From IMG/VR virus record IMGVR_UViG_3300046314_000711: a stretch of 64,000 nt of DNA; one strand, written 5' to 3'. The stretch is from a virus. How positions within the stretch are numbered: position 1 is the stretch's first letter; every line of letters starts with the position of its first letter. The position numbers and the translations under genes were made by a program. This document shows positions 39,805 through 49,579 of the stretch, one piece after another. The notes under the pieces are model-generated. The model was not told the origin of the DNA. It searched no databases and was given only the letters and a program-made list of their open reading frames with translations.

Positions 39805-40033
39805 TTGACAGTGGTTCGAACAAAAGCGGAAGCAGCCAGGCGAACTCATAGAGTTTGGATAGTGTTGGGACGGCAGAAATTCCCACTACCTATTGTCATC
39901 ATATAAAAATGTACTGTCCTACCCAAAGGGTGGCAGACAGTGGTTGGAAGGATCTGCTCGTTATCTATCTGATGGATGCACTCGGGTTGCACCGATGCCA
40001 AAGGACGATGATTGTAGTACATTTTTATATGAT

Positions 40034-40154
40034 TAGTTGGTGATGTAATTGGTAAACATAAGCGGTTAGAGGAATTTATCTTCGAGAAGGACGCCAAAAC
40101 CTTTCCTCGTAAACCGCTGGCAAAGTGTGGGTTCGAGCCCCATCCAACTTTCCA
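40034..40154 (+). tRNA. tRNA with 41-nt anticodon-loop insert (GUA if removed)
   Basis: AGCGG-TT-[40068-40108]-GTA-AA-CCGCT; D and T arms intact; TCCA. Confidence 0.65.
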
Positions 40155-40318
40155 TATAAAAGTTAGTTCCCATTTGGAGGTAGAACACTGCGTAATCCCA
40201 GTATAGCGCATTGGTCGAGCTAACTTTTATATTGTCCATATTTGAGTGTATTGCTATCGCACAAACAGTATTCCGGAAAACGGCCCACAAAGCTTAGCTG
40301 GGTAATACACTCAAATAT

Positions 40319-40432
40319 GGGGAGGTAGCTCAGTTGGCAGAGCAACGTAATCGAATGCAGAGACAGGCCGGCTTTATGGCTCTGTTAGTAGATATGCGCA
40401 TGTCGGTGGATCGTGGCCACCCCTCCCCACCA
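40319..40432 (+). tRNA. tRNA-like RNA with extended anticodon arm
   Basis: GGGGAGG/CCTCCCC, canonical D-arm, about 45-nt structured anticodon loop, ACCA. Confidence 0.65.
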
Positions 40433-40526
40433 TATATAGAATTATGTGGGCCACATCCTGTGGTTCATATGCAAACTGTCTTTAAAATTAATGGTCTTAG
40501 GCAGTGACCAGTACAATGGAAATAAA

Positions 40527-41327
40527 ATGATGTATAACAACAAGTGTGTAGTTGCTGCTAAGGCAAACGGTAAAGTTCTCCGCGAATTTAAAGATACTAT
40601 TTTCGTACCCTTTGGTAGTGAGTATTCACTACTAATCAAAAATCTAAACTCAGTCCGAGCAATTTTTAACATCTATATTGACGGTGATAATGTTGTTCCA
40701 GGTGGACTTGTTCTAGCTGCTGGTCAGGAGATTGATCTCGAACGCAGCATCAAGAACGGAAATCTCAACGAAGGAAATAAGTTTAAATTCATTTCTCGCA
40801 CAAGTGATATCGAGAATCACCGCGGAATAAAGTTAGAAGATGGTATTATTCGGATCGAGTACCAGTTTGAAAAGGTGTATCAACGCCAAGATGGTATCCA
40901 ATGGAATACTGACTTATACGGCTGCCCAATCACATTCGGTAATGCGCAAGTACCGCAAAGTTCTATTGTGCGCGGAATGAGTAATATCAACATTGCTGGA
41001 TCTGCGAATTGTGTTGCAACATTAGATGGTGGTGCATCTGCGCAGAATATGACAATGCTCACTGCAACCGCACAATCCGTGAATGATGTTGGTATTACTG
41101 TACCAGGTGGCAAAAGCGAGCAGAAGTTTGATACAGTGTCTTGGTTCCCAACAGAGATAGAAAAGCACACAATTGTGCTCAAAATACTTGGTGAGACCGC
41201 CGACAACAAACCTATTCCAACTCCCGTGACGGTGAAAAGTAAGCCCAAATGCACAAGCTGTGGTAAGGTGAACAAAGTTGGATCAAAATTCTGCAACAGT
41301 TGTGGCACTGGTTTGGATCTGTTTTAA
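40527..41327 (+). CDS. Hypothetical protein with C-terminal zinc ribbon
   Basis: Beta-rich N-domain; CTSCG...FCNSCG. Confidence 0.75.
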   Translation: MMYNNKCVVAAKANGKVLREFKDTIFVPFGSEYSLLIKNLNSVRAIFNIYIDGDNVVPGGLVLAAGQEIDLERSIKNGNLNEGNKFKFISRTSDIENHRGIKLEDGIIRIEYQFEKVYQRQDGIQWNTDLYGCPITFGNAQVPQSSIVRGMSNINIAGSANCVATLDGGASAQNMTMLTATAQSVNDVGITVPGGKSEQKFDTVSWFPTEIEKHTIVLKILGETADNKPIPTPVTVKSKPKCTSCGKVNKVGSKFCNSCGTGLDLF

Positions 41328-41434
41328 CCATCTCGCATATATAGTAGTATCGAGATCAAGTCTTCCAGAACTTTTTTAATCTGGCTGGACACCGCCAACG
41401 GGGAGTCTGTAAGCTAACAGTTGGAAAGATTTAT

Positions 41435-41508
41435 GCAGGCATGGTGTAAAAGAAACTCATAACTTTGCCAAAGTTAAGTCCCCGGAGCATTACCGGGTGC
41501 CTGCTCCA
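41435..41508 (+). tRNA. tRNA-Gly(GCC)
   Basis: GCAGGCA/TGCCTGC, loop TTGCCAA, TCCA. Confidence 0.85.
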
Positions 41509-41534
41509 ATCACAATAGTATGTGTGTGCATAGA

Positions 41535-41608
41535 CGCGCAGTAGGGAAGTAGCTATCCCACCTGGCTCATAACCACGGAGGTCGCTGGTGCAAATCCAGC
41601 CTGCGCAT
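41535..41608 (+). tRNA. tRNA-Met(CAU), initiator-like, extended acceptor
   Basis: C1:A72 mismatch, loop CTCATAA, GCTGG-TGCAAAT-CCAGC. Confidence 0.75.
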
Positions 41609-41627
41609 CTATGCATACTTACAAAAA

Positions 41628-41733
41628 GGGGTAGGTTCAGCAACCTTAAAATATGGCTGAAGTCAATGGGCTTGCCCAACGATCTCAAACTGGAGTTGTT
41701 GCCCAGTTAAAACAAGCAGCTAACAACTACCCC
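41628..41733 (+). ncRNA. CAGC-motif small RNA candidate (copy 3)
   Basis: GGGGTAG/CTACCCC terminal stem followed by TTCAGCAACC. Confidence 0.5.
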
Positions 41734-41791
41734 GTTGTGTACAAAGTGATAGTGATAGATAGTGGAATAATATGATGCAAGATGGCTGCGC

Positions 41792-41874
41792 TCACCAGTA
41801 GAGGAATTGGTAAACTCACCTGACTGTTAATCAGACGCTTAATTGCACTGTTGGTTCGAAGCCAACCTGGTGAG
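41792..41874 (+). tRNA. tRNA-Asn(GUU) with long variable region
   Basis: TCACCAG/CTGGTGA, loop CTGTTAA, canonical T-arm. Confidence 0.85.
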
Positions 41875-42551
41875 CACAGCTGATTTTGCATCGCGATAGA
41901 ATCCCCCTTAGGACCGTTTGATGTCAACGGTAGGGTGGCGTAGGCTGCTCAGGCGTCCGAGTAGTTGCCGTTAGCAATAGGCGTTATTACACTGCTTAAC
42001 AAGCTGTGGTGATGCTGCGGGATAATGAGCAGACGCTCCGATAAGGCGCCTCCGGATTTGTAACCGGATCATTTTAAAATACTCAAAATGACCGTCAACT
42101 ACTGCACGACCAAAGATCCGGCAGTTTTACGTACACACCCGATAAATATAATAAAAACTCAAACAAAATGACCATCTTTTCTTGGATCACTAAACCGCTG
42201 CGCGACATTGCCGCCTTGCAAACTCAGCACGATCGCATAGCTCGACTAGCACTTGACTTGCAAACGCAGTGCAATGATCGTGATGACTATATTAAACAAC
42301 TGAAAGCTCGTATCGATCACATTGAAGGCGTGATCAGAACTCACACGTTCTAACATCACTCGGTATTGCGGCAACGATGGGTTGAGCACAATACCCCAAT
42401 CCCTTATGATAGACTTAATACTACACCAACAGAGCTAGTAACCGAGACAACTCTGCTAATGACAATAAACTGCTGACAAAGTCGATAAATTCCTTCTCAG
42501 GATTTGCAGTTAGTTGGGTGTGGTACTTTATTAACTACCAATGGAGTTTAC

Positions 42552-43066
42552 ATGACAGAATTTTTCCTAGGCCTTGTAACTGGCTATTTGTTTACGTGGC
42601 CAGCAATCGCTATATTGATCGCATTGGGTATCATGTTCGAATCAGCCTCGAGTCACGCAACAGCAGCTTTCCTTGGTATCGTTGCAGCAGTTAGTGCGTA
42701 TTTTACTTCCAGCTTGATATCCAATCAATGGTGATGTATATTGTGGCGTACTTTGGACTGGGATTTGCGTGGAGCATCTGGCGTTACCGTCGACACATAA
42801 AATCGATCGTCGAGCAATACCGTAACGACGATCGATTTTATGTGCGTAAAGGTGCTGCTGATCGTCTACATCCGCTGGCAATGTTGAGCACATTAACTGC
42901 CTGGGTAATCATCTGGCCATTCAGCATGGTTGAGAACTTGGCTGGTGATGTTATCAACATGATCCGTACTGCTATCTCGACTGTGTTCCGTAGCGTGTAC
43001 AACCGCATCTACGAATCTGCTGTGCGCGACTTGCTGCCAACGCCTGTTGATGGCACTGAAGTATAA
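42552..43066 (+). pseudogene. Membrane protein apparently split by a 1-nt frameshift
   Basis: Adding one T in TATTTTAC (42699-42706) fuses the two hydrophobic ORFs. Confidence 0.5.
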
Positions 43067-43090
43067 TAGTTTGAAAATTGAAAGAAACCC

Positions 43091-43525
43091 ATGAGCCTTA
43101 TTACAGAAATCAAGTCTGCGCAGTTGACTGCTCGTAAGGACCGAAATGGTCCAATGGCATCACTGCTAACTACCCTCATCGGTGAAGCAGAAATGGTCGG
43201 CAAGAATGCTGGCCGTGAAGTGCTTGATGCAGAAGTGGTTGCAACAATCAAAAAGTTTATCAAGAACATTGACGAAACAATCAAAGCACTTGGTGTGGAA
43301 GATGCTCGTGCACAGGCTGCACAAGACGAACGCGTTGTTCTGGAACACTTTCTACCGCGTCAAATGGACGAACAGCAACTGACCGAAGCAGTGACTGCTA
43401 TCAAGGCTGAACTGAATGCTGGACAAAAAGATATGGGCAAAGTGATGGGTCTATTGAAGACACGACACGAAGGCCAGTATGATGGTAAGATGGCTTCTAC
43501 TGTGGTCAAAGCAGTACTCGCCTAA
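43091..43525 (+). CDS. GatB/YqeY domain protein
   Basis: LEHFLPRQM, KDMGKVMG, DGKMAS.VVK. Confidence 0.9.
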   Translation: MSLITEIKSAQLTARKDRNGPMASLLTTLIGEAEMVGKNAGREVLDAEVVATIKKFIKNIDETIKALGVEDARAQAAQDERVVLEHFLPRQMDEQQLTEAVTAIKAELNAGQKDMGKVMGLLKTRHEGQYDGKMASTVVKAVLA

Positions 43526-44217
43526 ATAGAGATACGGAGGTGCGACAGCCCAATAGGTTCCACATTTTGTGGGTCACCACTGTCGCTTTATATGTTGAGT
43601 ACACACTCGGTAACTGGTATAAATAGAGATGGGTGGTTACACCCATACACACATACACAGGAGTTATACCAATGTTTTTACTAGCATATCTAATCGAAAA
43701 AATCAAGAAGTCTTTCAAACCCACCACTTACGGTGAAGAATTGGAAACATTCGTTGTTTCTCACAACCCATCTACATCAGCTGATGTAGAATACTGGATT
43801 ACCCAGTATGATCGTAGACAACAACGTGCCCGTGGTGGTATGTTTAGTTATCGGTAATATTTTTGTCGATACATTTCATACACACATACAGGAGAAATCT
43901 AAAATGGCTACTACATCTAAATCTGCCGGCAAATCCGGCTTTGAAATCCGTCTCGAAGTTCTGCAGATGGCAAAAGAGCTTGTCGAAAAGCAAGCTAAAC
44001 TAACTACTGACTTCGCTACCCAAGCATTCACACTTGCTATTCAATCAAACCAAGCTACTATTAACCAGTGGAAAGAATTTTCTCCCGCTGCTCTTACCGT
44101 AGATGAAGTAATGGCAAAGGCAACTGAGCTATATAAGTTCATTGCCCCAACAACTACAACCAAGTAATATGACCTTTTTTACATCCCACTCGAAGTGTTC
44201 CCGATTGTGTACATTAC

Positions 44218-44589
44218 ATGAAGGAGAACACAATGAGCAGAACTTTCCGAAGAAAGAACTACGAGGCTGAAAACAATACCTCGTGGGATGTGCAAGGCCG
44301 AAAGACAGCTGGGTTTTATACTGAGCGCGTATCCCACTGGGTTGCTAGTGGTCAGTACTTCCATACGTACGAGATCCCGACAAAAGCACAGTTCTACAAA
44401 AAATATACTTGGGCACATGGCGAAAGCAAGTCCGCGAACAGTTGGAGTCCGGGTCATAGCTTTCGTCACCCACGCATGACTCAAAATCGAGCTATCACGC
44501 GACGAGAATTGCATAAATATCGCATGATTCCTGACTATGAACCAATGGTAGAAGCGAATCCTCGCAGCTGTCGTTGGGATTGGAGTTAG
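44218..44589 (+). CDS. Hypothetical basic protein
   Basis: AAGGAG RBS before MSRTFRRK (true start probably 44233). Confidence 0.6.
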   Translation: MKENTMSRTFRRKNYEAENNTSWDVQGRKTAGFYTERVSHWVASGQYFHTYEIPTKAQFYKKYTWAHGESKSANSWSPGHSFRHPRMTQNRAITRRELHKYRMIPDYEPMVEANPRSCRWDWS

Positions 44590-45155
44590 AAAAGGACTAC
44601 AAGATGAGCACAGAGCAGGACAAAGTCAAGCATAGCAAGCGGATCCACAACAAGCAAACGCGTACTCATCGTCAGTGGACGCTATCGAAACAAATATTCA
44701 AAGAAGTGGTAAAAGAGCCACACGTCTATCACAAGAGATCATTCGCAACCTGTGGTAACAGCAATTGCGTAATGTGCATGAATCCACGTCGCGCAACAGG
44801 CGAGCTCACTATTCAAGAACAACGATTGTTTCAAGATCGACTACAGGAGTATGTTGAGCACAAGGACGCTTTATGTGATGATTGATTTATGAGCAGTTCT
44901 GCCCGAATTCCGGTCTGGTAATAGACAGAACTGCAATAGTGGAGTGGACAAAAGAACGGTGCATGTGGAGCGAAGGTACGTAAGCGTTGAAGCATGCACT
45001 TGCTGTAAGGAATGCCTGATTTAACAGGACTCCCTAGTGTCTAAGTTAGGGTTAATAGCCTACTACTAGCGGATGCGTAAGTTCGAAGCCGGAACAGCGG
45101 GCTCAAACCTCCCAGGTAGGTGGAAAGCCTACACAATATTAGGATATTTTTGGCA

Positions 45156-45656
45156 ATGAAAATAACGCAAATATTAGAAAGTTTTCCAGTAATGGAGATG
45201 CTGAATACGAGACTAGATGAACCAGTTGTGTGGGAGCAAGAGCATCAGCAGGATATCTGCAAGTGTTCAATCGATGGTGGAAGCATTAATCTCAAACTGG
45301 TGATATCAGCCATAACATATAAGCAGTTATCAGGATTGCGAGTTGGTTTCTTATTGTGGAACGGTACTGATTATGTTGAACACATTGGAGCTGTATCAAC
45401 GATCAGTTCTGCAAAAGTAATTGGTGCGGTTACAAACGCCCTGCTTAATCGGTTAAATGAGTACGAGTGGGATTTTATTGTAGCAGATGCAAAAGATGCT
45501 GTTCCAATCCGGATGAAGTTATACACTCGCATCGTGGAACGAATCGCTCGGTCAAATAGTTGGCAGTACGGTTCTGGAGTTGTTAACAATATAGGGATTG
45601 CAGTAGTCTCTAAACAGTATAGTTGTCAAGACATAATCGATAACATTCAACATTGA
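45156..45656 (+). CDS. Hypothetical protein, paralog family A
   Basis: KVIGAVTN...WDF...AKD..R.KLY..IVERIAR. Confidence 0.75.
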   Translation: MKITQILESFPVMEMLNTRLDEPVVWEQEHQQDICKCSIDGGSINLKLVISAITYKQLSGLRVGFLLWNGTDYVEHIGAVSTISSAKVIGAVTNALLNRLNEYEWDFIVADAKDAVPIRMKLYTRIVERIARSNSWQYGSGVVNNIGIAVVSKQYSCQDIIDNIQH

Positions 45657-46102
45657 GCACAATCTCATAAACTTGTAAAGTAAGATTTTAAACACTGAAA
45701 CGCACAAAGGTAAAAAATGAAACCAACCAAAACTTTCAAGCTCAGCAAAACGACCAAACGTATGATGTCAACTCTAACCAACGCAGAAGCGCGCAATGAA
45801 TTTAAAAGAATTATGATCCAGGGGCAACTCGCTGCTCAGGTTGTAATCAAAAAAGAAAAAGCAGATAAGTAAACTCTGTTTAACCAGATCCAGGGGTGGA
45901 TCCAGCAACATAAATTAAAATGGACTGATAGTTTGATAATTTCCAGCTTGTCTGGAAACTCGACTAGATATGTGCCTGTCCAGACATGACAGAGATATGG
46001 CAGAGAATGGTAGGCTCTGCATGAAAAAAACAAGCACACTGAAAAGTGTAAAGAATTGCTAAAACAATTTGCATCGACCGCACCACCCCGTTAGTTATTT
46101 TA

Positions 46103-46226
46103 GGGAAGCTTGCAGCCAACTTTATACACTAGACTTTTAATCTAACCCGTAAAAAGGCTTCCCGTTTAATTTTAGGGTTACTTCCAGCCACCATCTTCAT
46201 TTGTACTGAAAATAAAACAGTAACCC
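46103..46226 (+). ncRNA. Two tandem CAGC-motif small RNA candidates with anticodon-like hairpins
   Basis: GGGAAGCT/GGCTTCCC (46103-46163) and GGGTTACT/AGTAACCC (46175-46226), each with CAGCCA after the 5' stem. Confidence 0.65.
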
Positions 46227-46251
46227 GGCTTATATCAAGGAGCACATAGAC

Positions 46252-47685
46252 ATGACAACAGCAACATTTGCACACGCAGTTTTAACTCAACCAACTACAA
46301 CAACCAATGGCATGAAAGCATTCGCTGGCACTGGTAACGCTTGTGTTCAACTTTTCTATGCGATCGGTGCGATGCGTGGTAAAGACGTTATTCCATTGTT
46401 TAAAGCAGCCTATGCAGAAAACATGGAAATTGCACTGCGAATCGCACAATGGAGCCGTGACATTCGTGGTGGAGCAGGAGAGCGTCAAATTTTCAAAGAT
46501 ATTCTTGCTCACTTGGAAATTACGAATCAAGATCAGCAAGTACGAGCACTAATCGATAAGATTCCAGAAATTGGGCGTGCTGATGATATGTTGATCAATT
46601 GGAAGACAGTGGGGGTTCGTAACTATGCATTTACTGTATATGGGGAACAACTTCGCAACGGTAATGGACTATTCTACAAATTCCTACCTCGTGAAAAAAG
46701 CGCAAAGAAGCGTCTCGCAGCAGAACTCCGTTCATTCTTCGGATTGACTCCTCGTCAGTACCGTAAGCTGGCTTCTGCTAATACTACTGTTACCGAAACA
46801 CAGATGTGTGCGAAGGATTGGGATAACATCAACTTTAGCCACGTGCCTTCTGTTGCTGCCTCACGTTACAAAAAAGCATTTAAAAGAAATGCTCCCGTTG
46901 TGTTTACTGAATATGTTGAAAAACTGACCAAAGGCGATCCGTCCGTAAAGGTAAACTCAAGCGCAATCTTCCCGTACACAGTGATCAAAGGCTGGCATTC
47001 TTCTCGCATTGATCCAACGATTCGTGCTCATGTGAATGCACAGTGGGCAGCACTACCAAACTACGTAGGTAATGCGAGTATCTTGCCATTAGTTGATGTA
47101 TCTGGTTCGATGAATTGCCCAGCTGGTGGAGACACTTCAGTGACTTGCCACGATGTTGCACTATCACTCGGTCTGTACCTGTCTGAAAAGAATACTGGTA
47201 AGTTTAAAGATATGTTCCTGACGTTCTCCGAAGATCCTGAACTACTGCACCTAACTGGTGACGTGATGGATCGTTTGGAAACAATGGATCGTAGCAAATG
47301 GGACATGAGCACTGACATTGTCAAGGCACTTGCTAAGATTTTGGAAGTCGCTGTTGCTGGTAACGTACCTCAAGGTGAAATGCCAGAAATCTTGTGTGTG
47401 ATGTCCGACATGCAATTCAATGAGGCAGCAGAGGCAAACGATAGTGCGATGGAAAGCGTGCGAACTCAATATGCTGCAGCCAACTACACATGCCCAAAGT
47501 TGGTGTGGTGGAATCTAAATCACAAAGGTAACGTACCTGTGACAGCCAATGAGCAGGGCGCAGCACTTGTATCGGGGTTTAGCCCAGCGATTGTAGCAAG
47601 CATTCTGAGTGCGGATCCAGATGATTTCACACCATATGCATTAATGATCAAATCCGTCTGTGTACCGCGATATGATGTGAAATAA
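46252..47685 (+). CDS. DUF2828-family protein (helical repeat + vWA; Ro60/TROVE-like architecture)
   Basis: TTNG, RDIRGGAGER, VPSVA, MIDAS DVSGSM, FLTFSEDP, SDMQF, WWNL, VSGFS. Confidence 0.85.
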   Translation: MTTATFAHAVLTQPTTTTNGMKAFAGTGNACVQLFYAIGAMRGKDVIPLFKAAYAENMEIALRIAQWSRDIRGGAGERQIFKDILAHLEITNQDQQVRALIDKIPEIGRADDMLINWKTVGVRNYAFTVYGEQLRNGNGLFYKFLPREKSAKKRLAAELRSFFGLTPRQYRKLASANTTVTETQMCAKDWDNINFSHVPSVAASRYKKAFKRNAPVVFTEYVEKLTKGDPSVKVNSSAIFPYTVIKGWHSSRIDPTIRAHVNAQWAALPNYVGNASILPLVDVSGSMNCPAGGDTSVTCHDVALSLGLYLSEKNTGKFKDMFLTFSEDPELLHLTGDVMDRLETMDRSKWDMSTDIVKALAKILEVAVAGNVPQGEMPEILCVMSDMQFNEAAEANDSAMESVRTQYAAANYTCPKLVWWNLNHKGNVPVTANEQGAALVSGFSPAIVASILSADPDDFTPYALMIKSVCVPRYDVK

Positions 47686-47713
47686 GGTGCTCTAACGTAG
47701 TTTGGAGCATGTT

Positions 47714-47821
47714 GGGACTCTAGCATAATTGGTAGTGCTGGGAACTCTTACGGAGCATCTGCACAAGCGGGTGTTCAAAATAATTCCTAAGGCCTCGGTT
47801 CGAACCCGGGGGGTCCCACCA
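47714..47821 (+). tRNA. tRNA (Ile/Met, CAU if spliced) with 32-nt hairpin insert in the anticodon
   Basis: GGGAA-CT-C-[47748-47779]-AT-AA-TTCCT; intact D, T and acceptor; ACCA. Confidence 0.75.
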
Positions 47822-47825
47822 AGTT

Positions 47826-47849
47826 AAAAGGCTCCAATTGGAGCCTTTT
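47826..47849. terminator. Bidirectional intrinsic terminator
   Basis: AAAAGGCTCC-AATT-GGAGCCTTTT between convergent units. Confidence 0.85.
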
Positions 47850-47850
47850 C

Positions 47851-48201
47851 TTATTTGCAGTGTAATCCGCTTGGATCGAATGTATCCAAAAATTTAACAC
47901 ATACCCATCGAGCAACGGTTTTTCGCCATGAATCTTGCTCCGTGCAGCACCACATGCTTAGTCGTTGTGTTACTAACCACTGTCGTGGTAGTTCCAGAAA
48001 CAAAATCGACATTACAAATATATTGACAAGCACATCAACGAGTGCGAGTAAGCCAATTACTGGATAACCCAGCACAAGTGCGGGAAGAGAGATAGTGTGA
48101 TTATCTTTTGCTCTAACTAGCGCACACCCCGCAAGGTAGAACATCCATAACACATATAGCGATCCAATAAAATACAGTACCGTCCAACCTACATAGTTCA
48201 T
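47851..48201 (-). CDS. Membrane protein
   Basis: Two hydrophobic segments; DPSGLHC C-terminus. Confidence 0.7.
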   Translation of the reverse strand: MNYVGWTVLYFIGSLYVLWMFYLAGCALVRAKDNHTISLPALVLGYPVIGLLALVDVLVNIFVMSILFLELPRQWLVTQRLSMWCCTEQDSWRKTVARWVCVKFLDTFDPSGLHCK

Positions 48202-48980
48202 TTCACATCTCCTTTTTTAAATAATTGCCATAACCACATCCCAGCCGGTAGCAACAGTGTTGACCATATCCACTGCATGTGCTCTTTCAACATTGCAAGT
48301 AGCCGCTGTTGTGGTGCGATCTCCACCGTTATAGTACTCTCAAACGTCTTAATAGACCGTTCTGCACGATCGTTATCTACAGTCACGATTGCGTTGATGG
48401 ACAAATGTATATCGTGCTTACCAGGTGGTGCACCTGACAGATCCCACTTCCACTCCGTAATCTCCGTCTCTGATAGTGCTTGACGATCTGGTGTAAGCGC
48501 TAGTACCTTAAAGTCTGGTGCAAGTAGAGTGACGTTGAGTATTTTCGACACCTGTATCACTGCTCGTGTCGAACTGTGAGTAGTTGTTGATATAGCAACT
48601 ATATTTGGATCGATCCGCAGTACAGCGTGTACTGTATCATTAACATTGGCTGTGGTAGGTGCTTCAAACGTCATCGTAGCACTTTTTAACTGAGATGACA
48701 CTAGATCCGCAGTCTGCTCCACGGTAGCACCTACTGACTTTGGTGCGATGTTGAGTTGTTTTGCTACTTTGTTAATTAGCGTTGGTGTAGATACAACCTT
48801 TGCGAGAGTACTCGAAGTCTCGCGCTCATTGACTGGTGCTGATGTAGATCCTGCATTGGTAGACTGACGCAATATTTCTTCAACATTAATATTGAGTGCA
48901 GTAGCTGGTGCTGTGGTAATCATCGGGAGTTGTGAACATCCTGCCAGTAGAGCTACAATAAATAAAAGTGTTCGTTGCAT
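48198..48980 (-). CDS. Putative lipoprotein with C-terminal TM
   Basis: Lipobox LLAGC; TAAATA upstream on the minus strand. Confidence 0.7.
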   Translation of the reverse strand: MQRTLLFIVALLAGCSQLPMITTAPATALNINVEEILRQSTNAGSTSAPVNERETSSTLAKVVSTPTLINKVAKQLNIAPKSVGATVEQTADLVSSQLKSATMTFEAPTTANVNDTVHAVLRIDPNIVAISTTTHSSTRAVIQVSKILNVTLLAPDFKVLALTPDRQALSETEITEWKWDLSGAPPGKHDIHLSINAIVTVDNDRAERSIKTFESTITVEIAPQQRLLAMLKEHMQWIWSTLLLPAGMWLWQLFKKGDVK

Positions 48981-49063
48981 GATAATTCTCGTATGAGCAA
49001 CTATTTACTACTAGTATGTTGCGACTGCACACATGATTGAAACAAGCAATAGAAAGCAAATCG

Positions 49064-49579
49064 GTGAAAATTAACCAAATACTAAATCAATTAGCAGAGG
49101 CGAATTTTGATACTAATCTCACTAATCTGTCCTCGTGGCACAAAAAATCTGATGCAAATACGCATCTCCGTGTAGGTCAGTTAGGAGAGCTTAGTGTAGT
49201 GGTGTCGGTTAAATTTACTCACATTGCTCCACTCAATCTCATTGGAGCGGGTGTTGAATTTGGCATACTTGCACCTGGTGCTACAGAATACGCTTACGAC
49301 ATTGGTTCGGCACCAACTGTTCCAACAGGGCAAATATTTGGTGCCGTAATCAATGTGTTGCGAGGAGATCTGCCCACCCACTGGGATTTTATGTATGCAG
49401 AAGCAAAAGATAGTGTCCCAAGACGAGTGCGCTTGTATACTGCATTATTTTCTCGGTTTGCTTCACATTACAATATGGTAGTCGGGTCCGTGGCTGATCG
49501 ACACAGTGGTGGCGTAGTTATGGCACGGCAGCAGGACATGGAGCCGATCAGGCAACTTGCTTCACAGGTATTTCGGTAA
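49064..49579 (+). CDS. Hypothetical protein, paralog family A
   Basis: QIFGAVIN...WDF...AKD..R..LY..LFSRFA. Confidence 0.7.
   Translation: MKINQILNQLAEANFDTNLTNLSSWHKKSDANTHLRVGQLGELSVVVSVKFTHIAPLNLIGAGVEFGILAPGATEYAYDIGSAPTVPTGQIFGAVINVLRGDLPTHWDFMYAEAKDSVPRRVRLYTALFSRFASHYNMVVGSVADRHSGGVVMARQQDMEPIRQLASQVFR

Larger units (their letters stand above)
38028..39809. mobile_element. IS200/IS605-family element with divergent tnpA and tnpB
   Basis: Subterminal hairpins sharing the loop TCTTTAG (38043-38065, 39779-39801); TTTAT before the left end; right end TTGAC. Ends are approximate. Confidence 0.85.

Noticed and set aside
25075-42070. Many 60-130 aa ORFs from the ORF track in the RNA-rich region, and 486-746
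   Set aside because: They overlap tRNAs or structured RNAs, often antisense (GFEP/RTCK-type shadow translations), and lack RBS or motifs.
42699-42706. Programmed ribosomal frameshift
   Set aside because: No canonical slippery heptamer or stimulator; a homopolymer indel (mutation or sequencing error) is simpler.
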